Shown here piece by piece: positions 54,819 to 64,000 of a DNA stretch of 64,000 nt. The DNA is from a virus. The translations under genes were made by a program, and so were the position numbers. The stretch is taken from the IMG/VR virus record IMGVR_UViG_3300028558_000001, positions 112,661 through 176,660 of that record, one strand, 5' to 3'. Positions within the stretch are counted from its first letter, which is position 1. Every line of letters begins with the position of its first letter. The notes under the pieces are model-generated. The model did no database searches and was not told the DNA's origin. It saw only the letters and a program-made list of their open reading frames with translations.

Positions 54819-55466
54819 TTAGTTAGTTGGAGCGCCAGAGGTTGCTTGACCTAGATATGGGTTAGAACCACCGGCTGTCTTTGAAGATGATTCTGTAATT
54901 GGTAGCCAATAATCGTAAGCGAATGAAACATCAAACTCTTCAATTGAATTAGCAGCATCCCAATTTAGATTGATCTTGCCGATTGTCATAGGCCATGCAC
55001 CAATGATGTTATAAGAACGAATTACTTCGCCATCCTTAGAGAATTGCTGAACAACAAGATCAGTCTTATAAGCTTCATTATATACGGCTGAACCAGAAGC
55101 ATTTACAGAAGTTGCAGTTGAAAGACCGCTCTGCATGATGTTTGATTGCATTGAATTGATCGCATTTGACCAAGCTTCAAACAATGAACGAACACCAAAA
55201 TCTTCGTCGTTATACACAGAAACGTCCCAATCTGAGAATGTTCTGTCACCGGGTTTCTTGATCTTACGTCCGAAATAAGAAACTTCAATTTCACTTAAAG
55301 CTGATTCTGGTAGAGAAGCAGAGTGACAAGTAAAAGTGAACTTCTTTTGAGAAGCAGTATCAAGAGATACGCCGGGAGGCGCAGTTAGAATTACGTTGAA
55401 TTTAGATGGTCTAGCGCCTGAATAGACTAGACCATTTTGTTTAAATTCGTTAATGTCAAAAGCCAA
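54819..55466 (-). CDS. gp19: Tail tube protein
   Basis: GARP..F.V, LP.S, YFGR..K..GDRTF..W, EEF.V.F.YD.W. Confidence 0.93.
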   Translation of the reverse strand: MAFDINEFKQNGLVYSGARPSKFNVILTAPPGVSLDTASQKKFTFTCHSASLPESALSEIEVSYFGRKIKKPGDRTFSDWDVSVYNDEDFGVRSLFEAWSNAINSMQSNIMQSGLSTATSVNASGSAVYNEAYKTDLVVQQFSKDGEVIRSYNIIGAWPMTIGKINLNWDAANSIEEFDVSFAYDYWLPITESSSKTAGGSNPYLGQATSGAPTN

Positions 55467-55484
55467 TGTAGTTTCCTCCTAGAA

Positions 55485-57611
55485 TTAGTAAATTGATCCT
55501 TCAATTTCAGAGAAGGTGGCACCAGTACCAACTGCTACGAAATTGAGGTTAATGCCATTGATTGAACGTGCTGGCTTGATATAAATATCGCCAACGAACT
55601 GTTCGTTATCTACAACTGTTGGTGTATTATTTGTAGCGTCACAAACAACATCGAAGGAGTTAATGCCACGGCGTCCTTGGACAGTTCTTAGGTAAGGAAC
55701 AACTAGGTTCTTGAACTGATTCTGTGTGAATACGTCATTAAACTCGAATAGAAGTCCCTGAGTAGCAATCGCAATTGCTTTTTCAATTACGATGAATAGT
55801 CTGCGGACACCAATTCTTGAAAATGCTGAGTTTGTACCAAGACCAGTCTTATCACCATATAGAACAGTGCCTTGACCGGGGAATGTAACTACAGCGTTAA
55901 CATCGTTTGAATATAGAATATCGCGTTCTGACTGACGAGGATTCCATGCAAGACGGACAATGTTCTTTAGTTGTCCACGGTTGAAACCGGCTGGAGAATT
56001 CCAAGGATCAGCAACAGAGTCAGTATTAACACATAGACCAGCAATGTCACCGTTTAGAGGTACATAGCGATATACGTTATTGTACTTGTCATACTGGTAT
56101 TTATAGCCAGAGTCGAATACGTGATATGAACCATATCTAACGTTTGTACGCCATGCAGCACAATCTAGGGCTTCGTTGCCTGAGTTGTTTACTGTGATTG
56201 CCTTATCTGGTGAGATTAGAGCAATACAGTCTTTTCTACGTGAAGTAATGTTATCAATGATATAGTTAGCTAACTGGAAGTTATTGTATGCCTTACCATT
56301 GATGGTATTTGTTCCGCCGATTGGCTTGCCCTGCATTACTAGAGAAACGTCTGCGATTTCGGCTGAATTGAAGAAATCGTAACCACCAGCAATTACTGAT
56401 AGTGGAACGTTTGATTCAGTATAGCCATCTGTACCAAGAGTGAATGGAATATTCAATGGAGCAGCGTTTGTTGATGAAGTAATTGCAGATGATAGTGCAG
56501 ATGAAGAACCAGAACGATCCTGAACTACCCATAGATATTTTGAACCGTAGTTAATTACAGTCTGGTAATAGTTATTGTTACCATCATATGTGGTAGCATC
56601 AGTAGCGCGTGATAGATGCTGATAAACTTCTAGAACAGTGCCGGGAACGCCTGTGAATAATCCGTTATCGTCAACAACTACTGCGTGAACTTCGTCAACT
56701 ACAGTATTAGCAACGCCACCGAACTTACCAACGTACCATGACTGAGTTGGAGCGCCAGTAACAAGTCTTGAGAATTCCCAAGTTCTCTGTACTGTATTTG
56801 CAACTGAATCAACGGCTAGGCGTGATGGAGAATTGAAACCAATAGTTACAGCAGTTACAGTTGAGTTAGTGGTTGGAGCGCCGATTGAGGCAATGTTTAG
56901 ATATTGGATACCAGCAGCAGATGTTGTATTACCGATAAGAACATTATCGCCAACTGAGATAGAAGCCATTACCTGTGCTGCGAAAGTATTACCAGTTGTA
57001 ACAGTTGAGGTATTTGATGCAGTAAAGACAACAGTACCAGTATTTGATCCAATTGGAACAGTAAGAACGCCAACGAAGCTGTTACCAGCAGAAGCGCCGT
57101 TTGCAATTGCACCTGATAGAGTTACGTTTGAAGAGTATGCGCTTGCTGAATCACAGAATGAAATTCTTAGTGAGTTACCTAGAGAACCGGGATAACGAGC
57201 AATTGAGAATACGTTAGTATCTGTAAATGATTTATTCTGGAAATCAATGTCATTTAGAATGACAGAGTTTACAATGCTGTTAGCACCACCATTAAGACCG
57301 CCAGTATTAGCAACAGCGTTTACGGCTGAAACTGATCCGTTTGCAGTTGAAGTATTAGCAGCACGAACAACTAATAGTGAATCACCGTAAGCTAAGAAGT
57401 TAGCTGCCGTGAAGAATGTTTCGTAGTTGTTATTTGTAGGCTGACCGAAAGTATTCCATAGAAGGGTTTCTGAATCAATAAGCATACGCTTACCGACTGG
57501 TCCCCAAGGGAAAATACCAGCAATAGCGCCGGTTGTGCTAGAAGCAGTAGAGACTACATTAGTAAGATCATACTCAGTAATCTTGATGCCGGGTGAAACT
57601 TGAAATCCCAT
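55485..57611 (-). CDS. gp18: Tail sheath protein
   Basis: SPG...E.DLT, F.WGP, SPAG.NRG, L.GDKT, VRRLF, IKPARSIN. Confidence 0.97.
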   Translation of the reverse strand: MGFQVSPGIKITEYDLTNVVSTASSTTGAIAGIFPWGPVGKRMLIDSETLLWNTFGQPTNNNYETFFTAANFLAYGDSLLVVRAANTSTANGSVSAVNAVANTGGLNGGANSIVNSVILNDIDFQNKSFTDTNVFSIARYPGSLGNSLRISFCDSASAYSSNVTLSGAIANGASAGNSFVGVLTVPIGSNTGTVVFTASNTSTVTTGNTFAAQVMASISVGDNVLIGNTTSAAGIQYLNIASIGAPTTNSTVTAVTIGFNSPSRLAVDSVANTVQRTWEFSRLVTGAPTQSWYVGKFGGVANTVVDEVHAVVVDDNGLFTGVPGTVLEVYQHLSRATDATTYDGNNNYYQTVINYGSKYLWVVQDRSGSSSALSSAITSSTNAAPLNIPFTLGTDGYTESNVPLSVIAGGYDFFNSAEIADVSLVMQGKPIGGTNTINGKAYNNFQLANYIIDNITSRRKDCIALISPDKAITVNNSGNEALDCAAWRTNVRYGSYHVFDSGYKYQYDKYNNVYRYVPLNGDIAGLCVNTDSVADPWNSPAGFNRGQLKNIVRLAWNPRQSERDILYSNDVNAVVTFPGQGTVLYGDKTGLGTNSAFSRIGVRRLFIVIEKAIAIATQGLLFEFNDVFTQNQFKNLVVPYLRTVQGRRGINSFDVVCDATNNTPTVVDNEQFVGDIYIKPARSINGINLNFVAVGTGATFSEIEGSIY

Positions 57612-57658
57612 TAAACTAAATCCTCCTAAATGGAAATATTATATAAAAATCTTTTAGA

Positions 57659-57665
57659 TATTTAT
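57659..57665 (-). promoter_or_regulatory. Late promoter of gp18
   Basis: ATAAATA upstream of AGGAGG SD. Confidence 0.7.
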
Positions 57666-57698
57666 TGTTTTTTCTAGTTCAGGAGTATTAGAGTCAAT

Positions 57699-57725
57699 AA
57701 AAAAAGGGGAGCCGTGAAGCTCCCC
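57699..57725 (-). terminator. Intrinsic terminator ending the ligase cluster
   Basis: GGGGAGC/GCTCCCC hairpin plus 7-T run on minus strand. Confidence 0.8.
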
Positions 57726-57761
57726 CGTAAAGGTAGTGTTTTAATTTATTTATTGTTTGAG

Positions 57762-58760
57762 TTAAATTACCCCATCTTGATATAAATGACTTTCAAACTG
57801 TTCAACCACTTGTCTTCCATAGTAACAATAGATGAATTCATTACAGAAATCAGGATCAACAGCATCTACTAAGGATGAATGGGCTGACTTGGTATCAATG
57901 ATTTCCATATATTCTTCTAGACGTTCTGCTACTTGCTTGAAAGCAAAATATCCAGATTTGATGAGTTTAAGTTCCTCGGCATTAGGACGTGGGAAGGTAA
58001 TAAAACCAGTATCTAGAAGTTCAATTGCTTGCTGACATACGCGGACAGCATGGGCCGTTGACTTCCAATCGACGCCTTCATTGTTCTCAGCCTGTAAAGC
58101 CCTTTGACCATAGTTATCAAAGAGTTTTTGGAATATGTTAATTCCTTCTTTAACTGCAACAGTATATGGCATTTTCCTACCACATACCTCCACATGGAGC
58201 ATTGATTTACCAGATGGTTGAGGAATATCAATGATATTGATGAATTCATCAAACCTAGCTAGTATACGCCAATCTAGATCATAATCACCAATCTTGTCTG
58301 ATAATGTTTTATTATCTAGAAATTCTAGAACCTTACGTACAGCAGCTACCCGCGATCCCTTGACACCATACTTGGAAACTTGCTTTGAAACATATCCCTT
58401 GAAGCCACGAATCTCCTTGGAAATTAACTGCTTACGATTACAAATAACATCCTCCCAAATATCATTCCAAAAGATAGTCTTTTCCTTGGGAATGAATAGA
58501 AGTTCTGTTGCGATCATATCACCAGCAATTAACATCTGCATAAACTTATGAAGAGTAAAACATTCATCGTCAATGTCTTCGGCAGAGTTTTTAATGGTAT
58601 TATCAGTCTTGGTAGAGTTAGATAATACTCCCTTGGCCTTCTGGAGAATAATTTCTCTAGCAGAAGGGATATAGACTGACTTATAATCTGTATCTGATGT
58701 TGGAGTCGAAGTACCATATAACTGCGATCCAAAAATACTTCTCACAATAATATCGGTCAT
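57762..58760 (-). CDS. Pol-beta-superfamily nucleotidyltransferase (T4 NrdC.11/RlaP-like)
   Basis: GS.LYGT.TP.SD.D, DWK...HA.R, FPRP.A.EL..IK.G. Confidence 0.8.
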   Translation of the reverse strand: MTDIIVRSIFGSQLYGTSTPTSDTDYKSVYIPSAREIILQKAKGVLSNSTKTDNTIKNSAEDIDDECFTLHKFMQMLIAGDMIATELLFIPKEKTIFWNDIWEDVICNRKQLISKEIRGFKGYVSKQVSKYGVKGSRVAAVRKVLEFLDNKTLSDKIGDYDLDWRILARFDEFINIIDIPQPSGKSMLHVEVCGRKMPYTVAVKEGINIFQKLFDNYGQRALQAENNEGVDWKSTAHAVRVCQQAIELLDTGFITFPRPNAEELKLIKSGYFAFKQVAERLEEYMEIIDTKSAHSSLVDAVDPDFCNEFIYCYYGRQVVEQFESHLYQDGVI

Positions 58761-58761
58761 T

Positions 58762-59889
58762 TTAAATATCCCTTTTGTTTTCATAGAAAGCAACTGCAAT
58801 TGGAAAACGAGGAATTCCAAGTGGAGTTAGATTCTGGTAGCGAACTGTAACGGTTTTTGGAACAGGACCATTTAGAAGCGCCTTGGCAAAGTCCTGATTT
58901 CCCTTGATACCGGCCTTGGGGCGCTCGCCATTCTCTAGGCGCTGATCATTTGGTAGAATGAATTCAACGGCTTTAGCATATCCAGACCAGTTACCAATAC
59001 CTTCAATGATCTTAGAAACAGCGAATTCCCTATCTTCGAATTCCTTACGCTTCATAAGCGTCTTGGATCGAGTTTGTTCATAAGGATAATCTAGTCTAAC
59101 CATCTGACCCTCATAACCATCTTCAAGAAATAGTGCATAATATTGATCTAGTGTCGCCGCATCCTCTACTTTCCATGTAGTAACAGCTACAATCTTAGTA
59201 GAATTAATGCGATCAACAACCCTAGAAACAAAACCAGTCCGTTCAGAAAATGGTTCAGAAGAAACAATATCATAGATATGATATTGAACTAGTTCCTCTG
59301 ACTTCCTAAGATCATCAGGGGTTGGTTTCTTCTGCTTGATAAGCGACATGATCGTATTGAAATCGTCCTTTAGATCATGATTATATAGTTCACCATCAAG
59401 AATAACATCTGGATTGTCAATAAAGAAATCCTCTAGCTCCTTGGAAATATGTGGAGCCGAAATGAATTCCTTGCCTTCACGCGAGAACATACCTTGTTTC
59501 GTCACCAGACAACGAGCGCCGTCTAGCTTTGGTTGAGTGAAAACATTGAACCAATCAAGCTTTCCATTTTCCCAAACTTCATATTTAGAAGCAAGCATTG
59601 GTTGAATAAACTTGGCACCTTCACTAATCGTATCTTCTGTTTCATGATACTTTCGTGACATTTTATGTTTATATTGAGCAATTACTTCCAAGTTTGCTTG
59701 TTCTTCCCCGGAAGTCTCATTCTTCTTGCCAATATTTTTACCAATGGCAGTAGTCCACGACGAAATGACTAGGTTTCCATCTTTAATTCCAGATATTGTT
59801 CGGAACTTCGCACCTTCTGTTTCCATGTACCAAATACGAACATTATCATTCTTATCTTGCTGGTATAGTGTGCGATAAATCATAGCCAA
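58762..59889 (-). CDS. gp30: ATP-dependent DNA ligase
   Basis: PMLA, QPKLDG.R, LDGELY, YD, YEG.M.R, K.K, G.PRFP. Confidence 0.92.
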   Translation of the reverse strand: MAMIYRTLYQQDKNDNVRIWYMETEGAKFRTISGIKDGNLVISSWTTAIGKNIGKKNETSGEEQANLEVIAQYKHKMSRKYHETEDTISEGAKFIQPMLASKYEVWENGKLDWFNVFTQPKLDGARCLVTKQGMFSREGKEFISAPHISKELEDFFIDNPDVILDGELYNHDLKDDFNTIMSLIKQKKPTPDDLRKSEELVQYHIYDIVSSEPFSERTGFVSRVVDRINSTKIVAVTTWKVEDAATLDQYYALFLEDGYEGQMVRLDYPYEQTRSKTLMKRKEFEDREFAVSKIIEGIGNWSGYAKAVEFILPNDQRLENGERPKAGIKGNQDFAKALLNGPVPKTVTVRYQNLTPLGIPRFPIAVAFYENKRDI

Positions 59890-60137
59890 TCCTCTTTCTT
59901 AAACTTTTCCTTAGAGCCGTCGATATAGGGCCACTTTTCGATTTGTTCAAAATAGGCCGCATCTGGTTTTTGAGTCCCACGACCATATTCAGGCGAATCG
60001 AAGATCATGGGATTGTTGTTTCCCATGATCTTCTTAAGACGCATATATACAGTCATAAACTCACCAGTATCAGCATCATAGGTTTTACCATGTTCCCAAA
60101 GATCATCCTCGAAAGTGGTTTCATTTCTACTTGCCAT
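59880..60137 (-). CDS. Hypothetical protein
   Basis: 85-aa ORF. Confidence 0.5.
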   Translation of the reverse strand: MASRNETTFEDDLWEHGKTYDADTGEFMTVYMRLKKIMGNNNPMIFDSPEYGRGTQKPDAAYFEQIEKWPYIDGSKEKFKKEDWL

Positions 60138-60212
60138 AAATATTTTTCCCTAGAAATATACCAACAATATAACAAAATAACCCATATAATATATATGTTA
60201 AAGTATCTAATA

Positions 60213-61334
60213 TCAATTCATAAACCTTTCCTTATATTCTTTCCAGTCAGAGTCCTTAGAAGTGGCCCGTCGAATAGTTTCGATAGCTAATTCACGACCT
60301 GTCTTATGACCATCCATTAAGGAGAACATAGCTGACTTCTGTTCGGAAGTCAACGTCTTGGAGAACTCCGATAAGGCAAATGTCTTCTTTGAATTGAACT
60401 TCTTCTCAACATATAGATATAAATCAATAATATTAAGGTTAGTTTGTTCAATCCTTTGCTCAACGAACTTCTCTAATTCATGAACTTTCTTAATGTCGTC
60501 CTCTAATAGCATTGGAATTAGATCATCAATCTCTTCATTGAGAATCATTTGAACAACACGATATTCCTGCGTGATTAGGTCGCGTGAATGGTGGCGAAGG
60601 CAATACCAATCTGACTTGGCTTTGACCATATCACCATCTGGAAACTGGACAACAAATCCTTCCTCTCCTTCAAGAGCCTTAGCTACTTTCATAAGTTCAT
60701 GAATAGAAGAAAAAGCATTATATCTCTTAACTACTGGAATATCAAAGATCACTCCAATATCTACTAAGGTTTGATGAGAAGAATATGCTCCTGTATGCAT
60801 ATCACGGATAGCCAACAGAACCAGATCATCTTGAGGATAATCAAGAACAATGCGATTCTTATTAGAAGTCCATTCAAAACATGGCGTAAATCCCCATTTA
60901 ACAGTAGTTGCCATAAGATTTTGGTAATCACGTTTACCAAAAATGAATTCTTCGGCCTGTAATGAAGTATCTGTGATACCCATTTTGGTGCATAAACGGA
61001 TTTGTTCATTGATCATTACTGGATGAATCATAGACCCATCCAGTTTAGGCATGATCGTATGCGGTTCATCAAACTTATGTGCAATTACATTAGGTTGAGT
61101 TTCCGCAGTCTGTCCGATATTGAACCATTTATGGAAAGGACGAGCAATGATGTTTCCGTTTTTATCAAACTTAATACCACGACATTCCCTAGCATATATG
61201 TTATCAAAGGTATTTTCAGTCGAAATCACGTAGTTAAGGACAGTGTAATCACCCTTATCCACGACAATGATTTCTGGTTTATCTTTGATATGAGGAAGAA
61301 CATCATCAATATGTCTGATTAACGGAAACATCAC
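60213..61334 (-). CDS. rnlA: RNA ligase 1 (Rnl1/gp63-like)
   Basis: ECRG..F, RPFHKWFN, KLDGS, FE....NRIV..Y, EGFV, K.K..WY. Confidence 0.9.
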   Translation of the reverse strand: MMFPLIRHIDDVLPHIKDKPEIIVVDKGDYTVLNYVISTENTFDNIYARECRGIKFDKNGNIIARPFHKWFNIGQTAETQPNVIAHKFDEPHTIMPKLDGSMIHPVMINEQIRLCTKMGITDTSLQAEEFIFGKRDYQNLMATTVKWGFTPCFEWTSNKNRIVLDYPQDDLVLLAIRDMHTGAYSSHQTLVDIGVIFDIPVVKRYNAFSSIHELMKVAKALEGEEGFVVQFPDGDMVKAKSDWYCLRHHSRDLITQEYRVVQMILNEEIDDLIPMLLEDDIKKVHELEKFVEQRIEQTNLNIIDLYLYVEKKFNSKKTFALSEFSKTLTSEQKSAMFSLMDGHKTGRELAIETIRRATSKDSDWKEYKERFMN

Positions 61335-61346
61335 TTAATCCTTTAT

Positions 61347-62372
61347 TTAAAATCCATGATGTAAACTATGAACATCATAATTAGTTAGATGACTTTCAGA
61401 GAAGTTCATTCCACCATGATGATAAACATGATCAGTAACATTAGTTGTTACAGGTGGGGTAGGAGCAATAGGTGTTACTGGAGTAACGGGAGTCGTTGGA
61501 GTTACTGGAGTAACAGGTGGAGTAGGGTTAGTCAACACTGGAGTTGGAGTTGTTGGCAGAATTAATTGCAATGAATCATTCACCGGAGTATCTAAAGTAG
61601 CCTGTAAATTTGCTCCGTCTAGTACATTTCCACTAACTGTTGGGTTAGTTCCATTGAAATCATACGATCCATAATAACCGCCACCAATATGATTACCAGA
61701 AATAGTGACACCATTAATTGGATTGGAATTAAACTGTGCATCATCATAGATTGTATATCCGCCGCCAATAAGAAGATTGTTGGTGACAGAGATATTATTA
61801 ATTGCACCAAAATAGTTATCAATCATAACAGCAGATGTTTGACCTTGATCATTGATAACAGTATTATGATTGATAGTGATATTAGAAAGCCCACCATCCA
61901 TCTGGATACCGTCATAATGAGGAGAACCAGATGCAAGTAGATTATGAATGTAATTATTTTGAATTAAAGAATTACTACCGGGACCAATACCGTTCTCTAC
62001 ATTGGTAATGTTATTTCCAATGAAAGTACCGGAACCTTCAATACCAAAGCTTCCATCATTACCAGTGCCGACTCCATTGATAGTATTATTCTGTACAATT
62101 GCGCCAGTGATACCATCAGCAATTTTAACAACCGCAGTATCAGTAGCAGAAGTAACTGAGCAATTCTGGATTGTGACATTAGCAGCAGAAATAGTGACGT
62201 TTCCAGAAATATTATAACCAGAAAGAACCAGTCCAGCCTTAGTAATATTAAAATTGCCACCAGAATCAATTTGGACTCCAGTTGGTAGATTAGATGCAGT
62301 AAGATTTACTAATTTAGTACCAGAAGTGACACCAGTATTAGTGTCATCTGGAAATGCTGTTGTAAGTGCCAT
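61347..62372 (-). CDS. Right-handed beta-helix protein with Pro/Thr linker and His-rich tail
   Basis: Repeated I.NN.I units, HYDGIQ, (VTP)n. Confidence 0.7.
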   Translation of the reverse strand: MALTTAFPDDTNTGVTSGTKLVNLTASNLPTGVQIDSGGNFNITKAGLVLSGYNISGNVTISAANVTIQNCSVTSATDTAVVKIADGITGAIVQNNTINGVGTGNDGSFGIEGSGTFIGNNITNVENGIGPGSNSLIQNNYIHNLLASGSPHYDGIQMDGGLSNITINHNTVINDQGQTSAVMIDNYFGAINNISVTNNLLIGGGYTIYDDAQFNSNPINGVTISGNHIGGGYYGSYDFNGTNPTVSGNVLDGANLQATLDTPVNDSLQLILPTTPTPVLTNPTPPVTPVTPTTPVTPVTPIAPTPPVTTNVTDHVYHHGGMNFSESHLTNYDVHSLHHGF

Positions 62373-62386
62373 TTATTACTCCTTTG

Positions 62387-63169
62387 TTAAAATTCCATTT
62401 GTTCAATAGCATCAACTAACTTACCAATGTTTGCGGCATATAGACCGGCAGCATTGAATGTATTAGTTTCAACAATCTTCTTTTCACCATTTTCTAACAG
62501 AGCAATATCAATAACAAACGCTCTCTTTGGTTGCCATTCATTAACTCTGTCCTGTGCAAACTGAATAATATCATCATCTACATCAGATGAGTATTGTACC
62601 CTATTACCAATCTTATATAGAGAAGAAGTAATTACCTTTCCATCTACTACCCAATTGCGATACTCTCTAAGAATATTCTTAATTGGTGAAATCATAATTT
62701 CAGTAGAACCACGAAGATTAGAACCATCATCTTCCTCTAGAATGACTACCTGTTCCCACCATTCACTGAATTCATCATTATAAAATATTGCTCCAGCAAA
62801 ATTCTTAGAATCTATTACTGGACGGCAGAAAAATGGTTCTGGTTTAACCAATGCAGCAGATTCTTTAAAAGAACAGAAAATTGAACCATAATTCAACATA
62901 TGCTCTCCCCATTTCGCAATATGATCCTGATAAGTTAAATCACCAAGATCGAAAGAACCGGGAACCCACGCATAACGCTTAGCGATATGGCGAAGGGCAT
63001 ATGAACCCATGACGATAACATTATCATCTGGATTTACATCAGGAATAATATCACCAACAAATGGAACTACTTTATGAATTGAATGAGGAATATCCGCCCG
63101 TTCTAGGATTTCAATTAACTCATTCATTCCAGCTTCATTAAAAGTATTCTCTTGGATTACCCAATACAT
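62387..63169 (-). CDS. ATP-grasp protein (R2K/DUF4343-like)
   Basis: F.RP..D.K.F.G, EYR..VV.G..IT.S.Y, V.D.A, IVE.N..N.AG.Y. Confidence 0.8.
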   Translation of the reverse strand: MYWVIQENTFNEAGMNELIEILERADIPHSIHKVVPFVGDIIPDVNPDDNVIVMGSYALRHIAKRYAWVPGSFDLGDLTYQDHIAKWGEHMLNYGSIFCSFKESAALVKPEPFFCRPVIDSKNFAGAIFYNDEFSEWWEQVVILEEDDGSNLRGSTEIMISPIKNILREYRNWVVDGKVITSSLYKIGNRVQYSSDVDDDIIQFAQDRVNEWQPKRAFVIDIALLENGEKKIVETNTFNAAGLYAANIGKLVDAIEQMEF

Positions 63170-63567
63170 TATTCTTTTTCTTTCTTTGCCTTACGGAATG
63201 AGGCGCTCTCAGAATAATAACCATTTGAACTTCCATACCAACGAATCGTTACGGAACCTCGATTGCTTCTGATATTATAGAAAGTCCAAGTATATGACTC
63301 TTCATTTTCACATAATGGCTTCTCATCACAATTAGAATCCTCTGTTGCAGATAAAATTTCACAACCAACAAGATCATCTAAATCACCAATAATATCTTCG
63401 ATGTAAACGCTTTCACAACAATCTTGGACATGGAGCATGATATAGGTATCAGTTTCAGTTTTGAAAACTAATTGATCATCACCGATACCGCCCCTAATTG
63501 ATTGAATGACTTGTCCCTTTAATTCAGAGAAATCAACATGAATGGTATTCCAATAATCTAAAGACAT
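63169..63567 (-). CDS. Conserved phage hypothetical protein
   Basis: H.QDCCE.V..EDI.GDL..L, TWTFY, RW.G.SNGYYSE. Confidence 0.7.
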   Translation of the reverse strand: MSLDYWNTIHVDFSELKGQVIQSIRGGIGDDQLVFKTETDTYIMLHVQDCCESVYIEDIIGDLDDLVGCEILSATEDSNCDEKPLCENEESYTWTFYNIRSNRGSVTIRWYGSSNGYYSESASFRKAKKEKE

Positions 63568-63569
63568 TT

Positions 63570-63779
63570 TTATTTCCTTTTCGGTTTAGTTCTTAAAGAA
63601 AGTGTGCAGAAATCAGAAACGGCGTCAATGGCGTCTTCTGCCTCAATAACGAAACATTCCCACATGCAAGGGCGATTGTCAACCTCACAATGGGGGCAAA
63701 ATTCAGAATGACTCTTTGACGCCGACTTACAAATGGTTCTGGCAACATGTTCAACTAAATTAGGAGGCTTATTCTTCAT
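63570..63779 (-). CDS. Hypothetical Cys-containing protein
   Basis: CPHC...C; tightly packed. Confidence 0.45.
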   Translation of the reverse strand: MKNKPPNLVEHVARTICKSASKSHSEFCPHCEVDNRPCMWECFVIEAEDAIDAVSDFCTLSLRTKPKRK

Positions 63780-63972
63780 TTAAACGGTCTTTGTAAATGA
63801 TTCGTGGATCAAGATGTTCTGGAATATTTTCACCACAAATGACTGGTTCTACCCAAAAATCATTCTCACTTTCAACCATTAGGAACAGATGAAGATAATT
63901 TTTCCTTCGTTTCACTAGCGTCCAAATCAGTTTCCAAAACGGTAGTGGTTGTCGTCCATATCCTATTTTCAT
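63769..63972 (-). CDS. Hypothetical protein
   Basis: AAGGAG SD. Confidence 0.45.
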   Translation of the reverse strand: MKIGYGRQPLPFWKLIWTLVKRRKNYLHLFLMVESENDFWVEPVICGENIPEHLDPRIIYKDRLNEE

Positions 63973-64000
63973 AATTACTCCTTAAAATCAATATCAATGA

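Noticed and set aside
1-64000. Genome-wide TAG recoding (genetic code 15)
   Set aside because: All core genes are full length in the standard code, and gp41 ends at TAG followed closely by TAA.

Overview
A 64-kb segment of a large, AT-rich T4-like myophage, almost all encoded on the minus strand. Reading right to left: an RNA/DNA ligase and nucleotidyltransferase cluster; tail sheath/tube and head genes (gp18-19-20-21-22-23) with a head-spike/fibre cassette between gp21 and gp22; gp3, uvsY, uvsW, gp55, gp47/46; nucleotide-metabolism genes; gp45/44/62 and regA; an 11-kb array of 19 tRNA genes interleaved with small ORFs and structured non-coding RNAs; early hypothetical genes; a spanin pair; gp43, uvsX, gp41; and late baseplate genes (gp54-like, gp26, gp51). 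An alphaproteobacterial host is inferred from a tRNA-His lacking G-1 and an RcGTA-type spike base. The most notable observation is a candidate amber-readthrough-gated translational switch: a UAG-suppressor tRNA lies upstream of a leader MNYKEIILF-(UAG)-LSTGPPF whose post-amber part can pair with the Shine-Dalgarno (SD) of a Pth2-like gene. Also notable are a circularly permuted, YrlA-like tRNA mimic, a 140-nt tRNA-like RNA, several tRNA-linked structured RNAs and a probable -1 frameshift joining gp26 and gp51. All calls come from reading the sequence by eye; no searches or folding programs were run.
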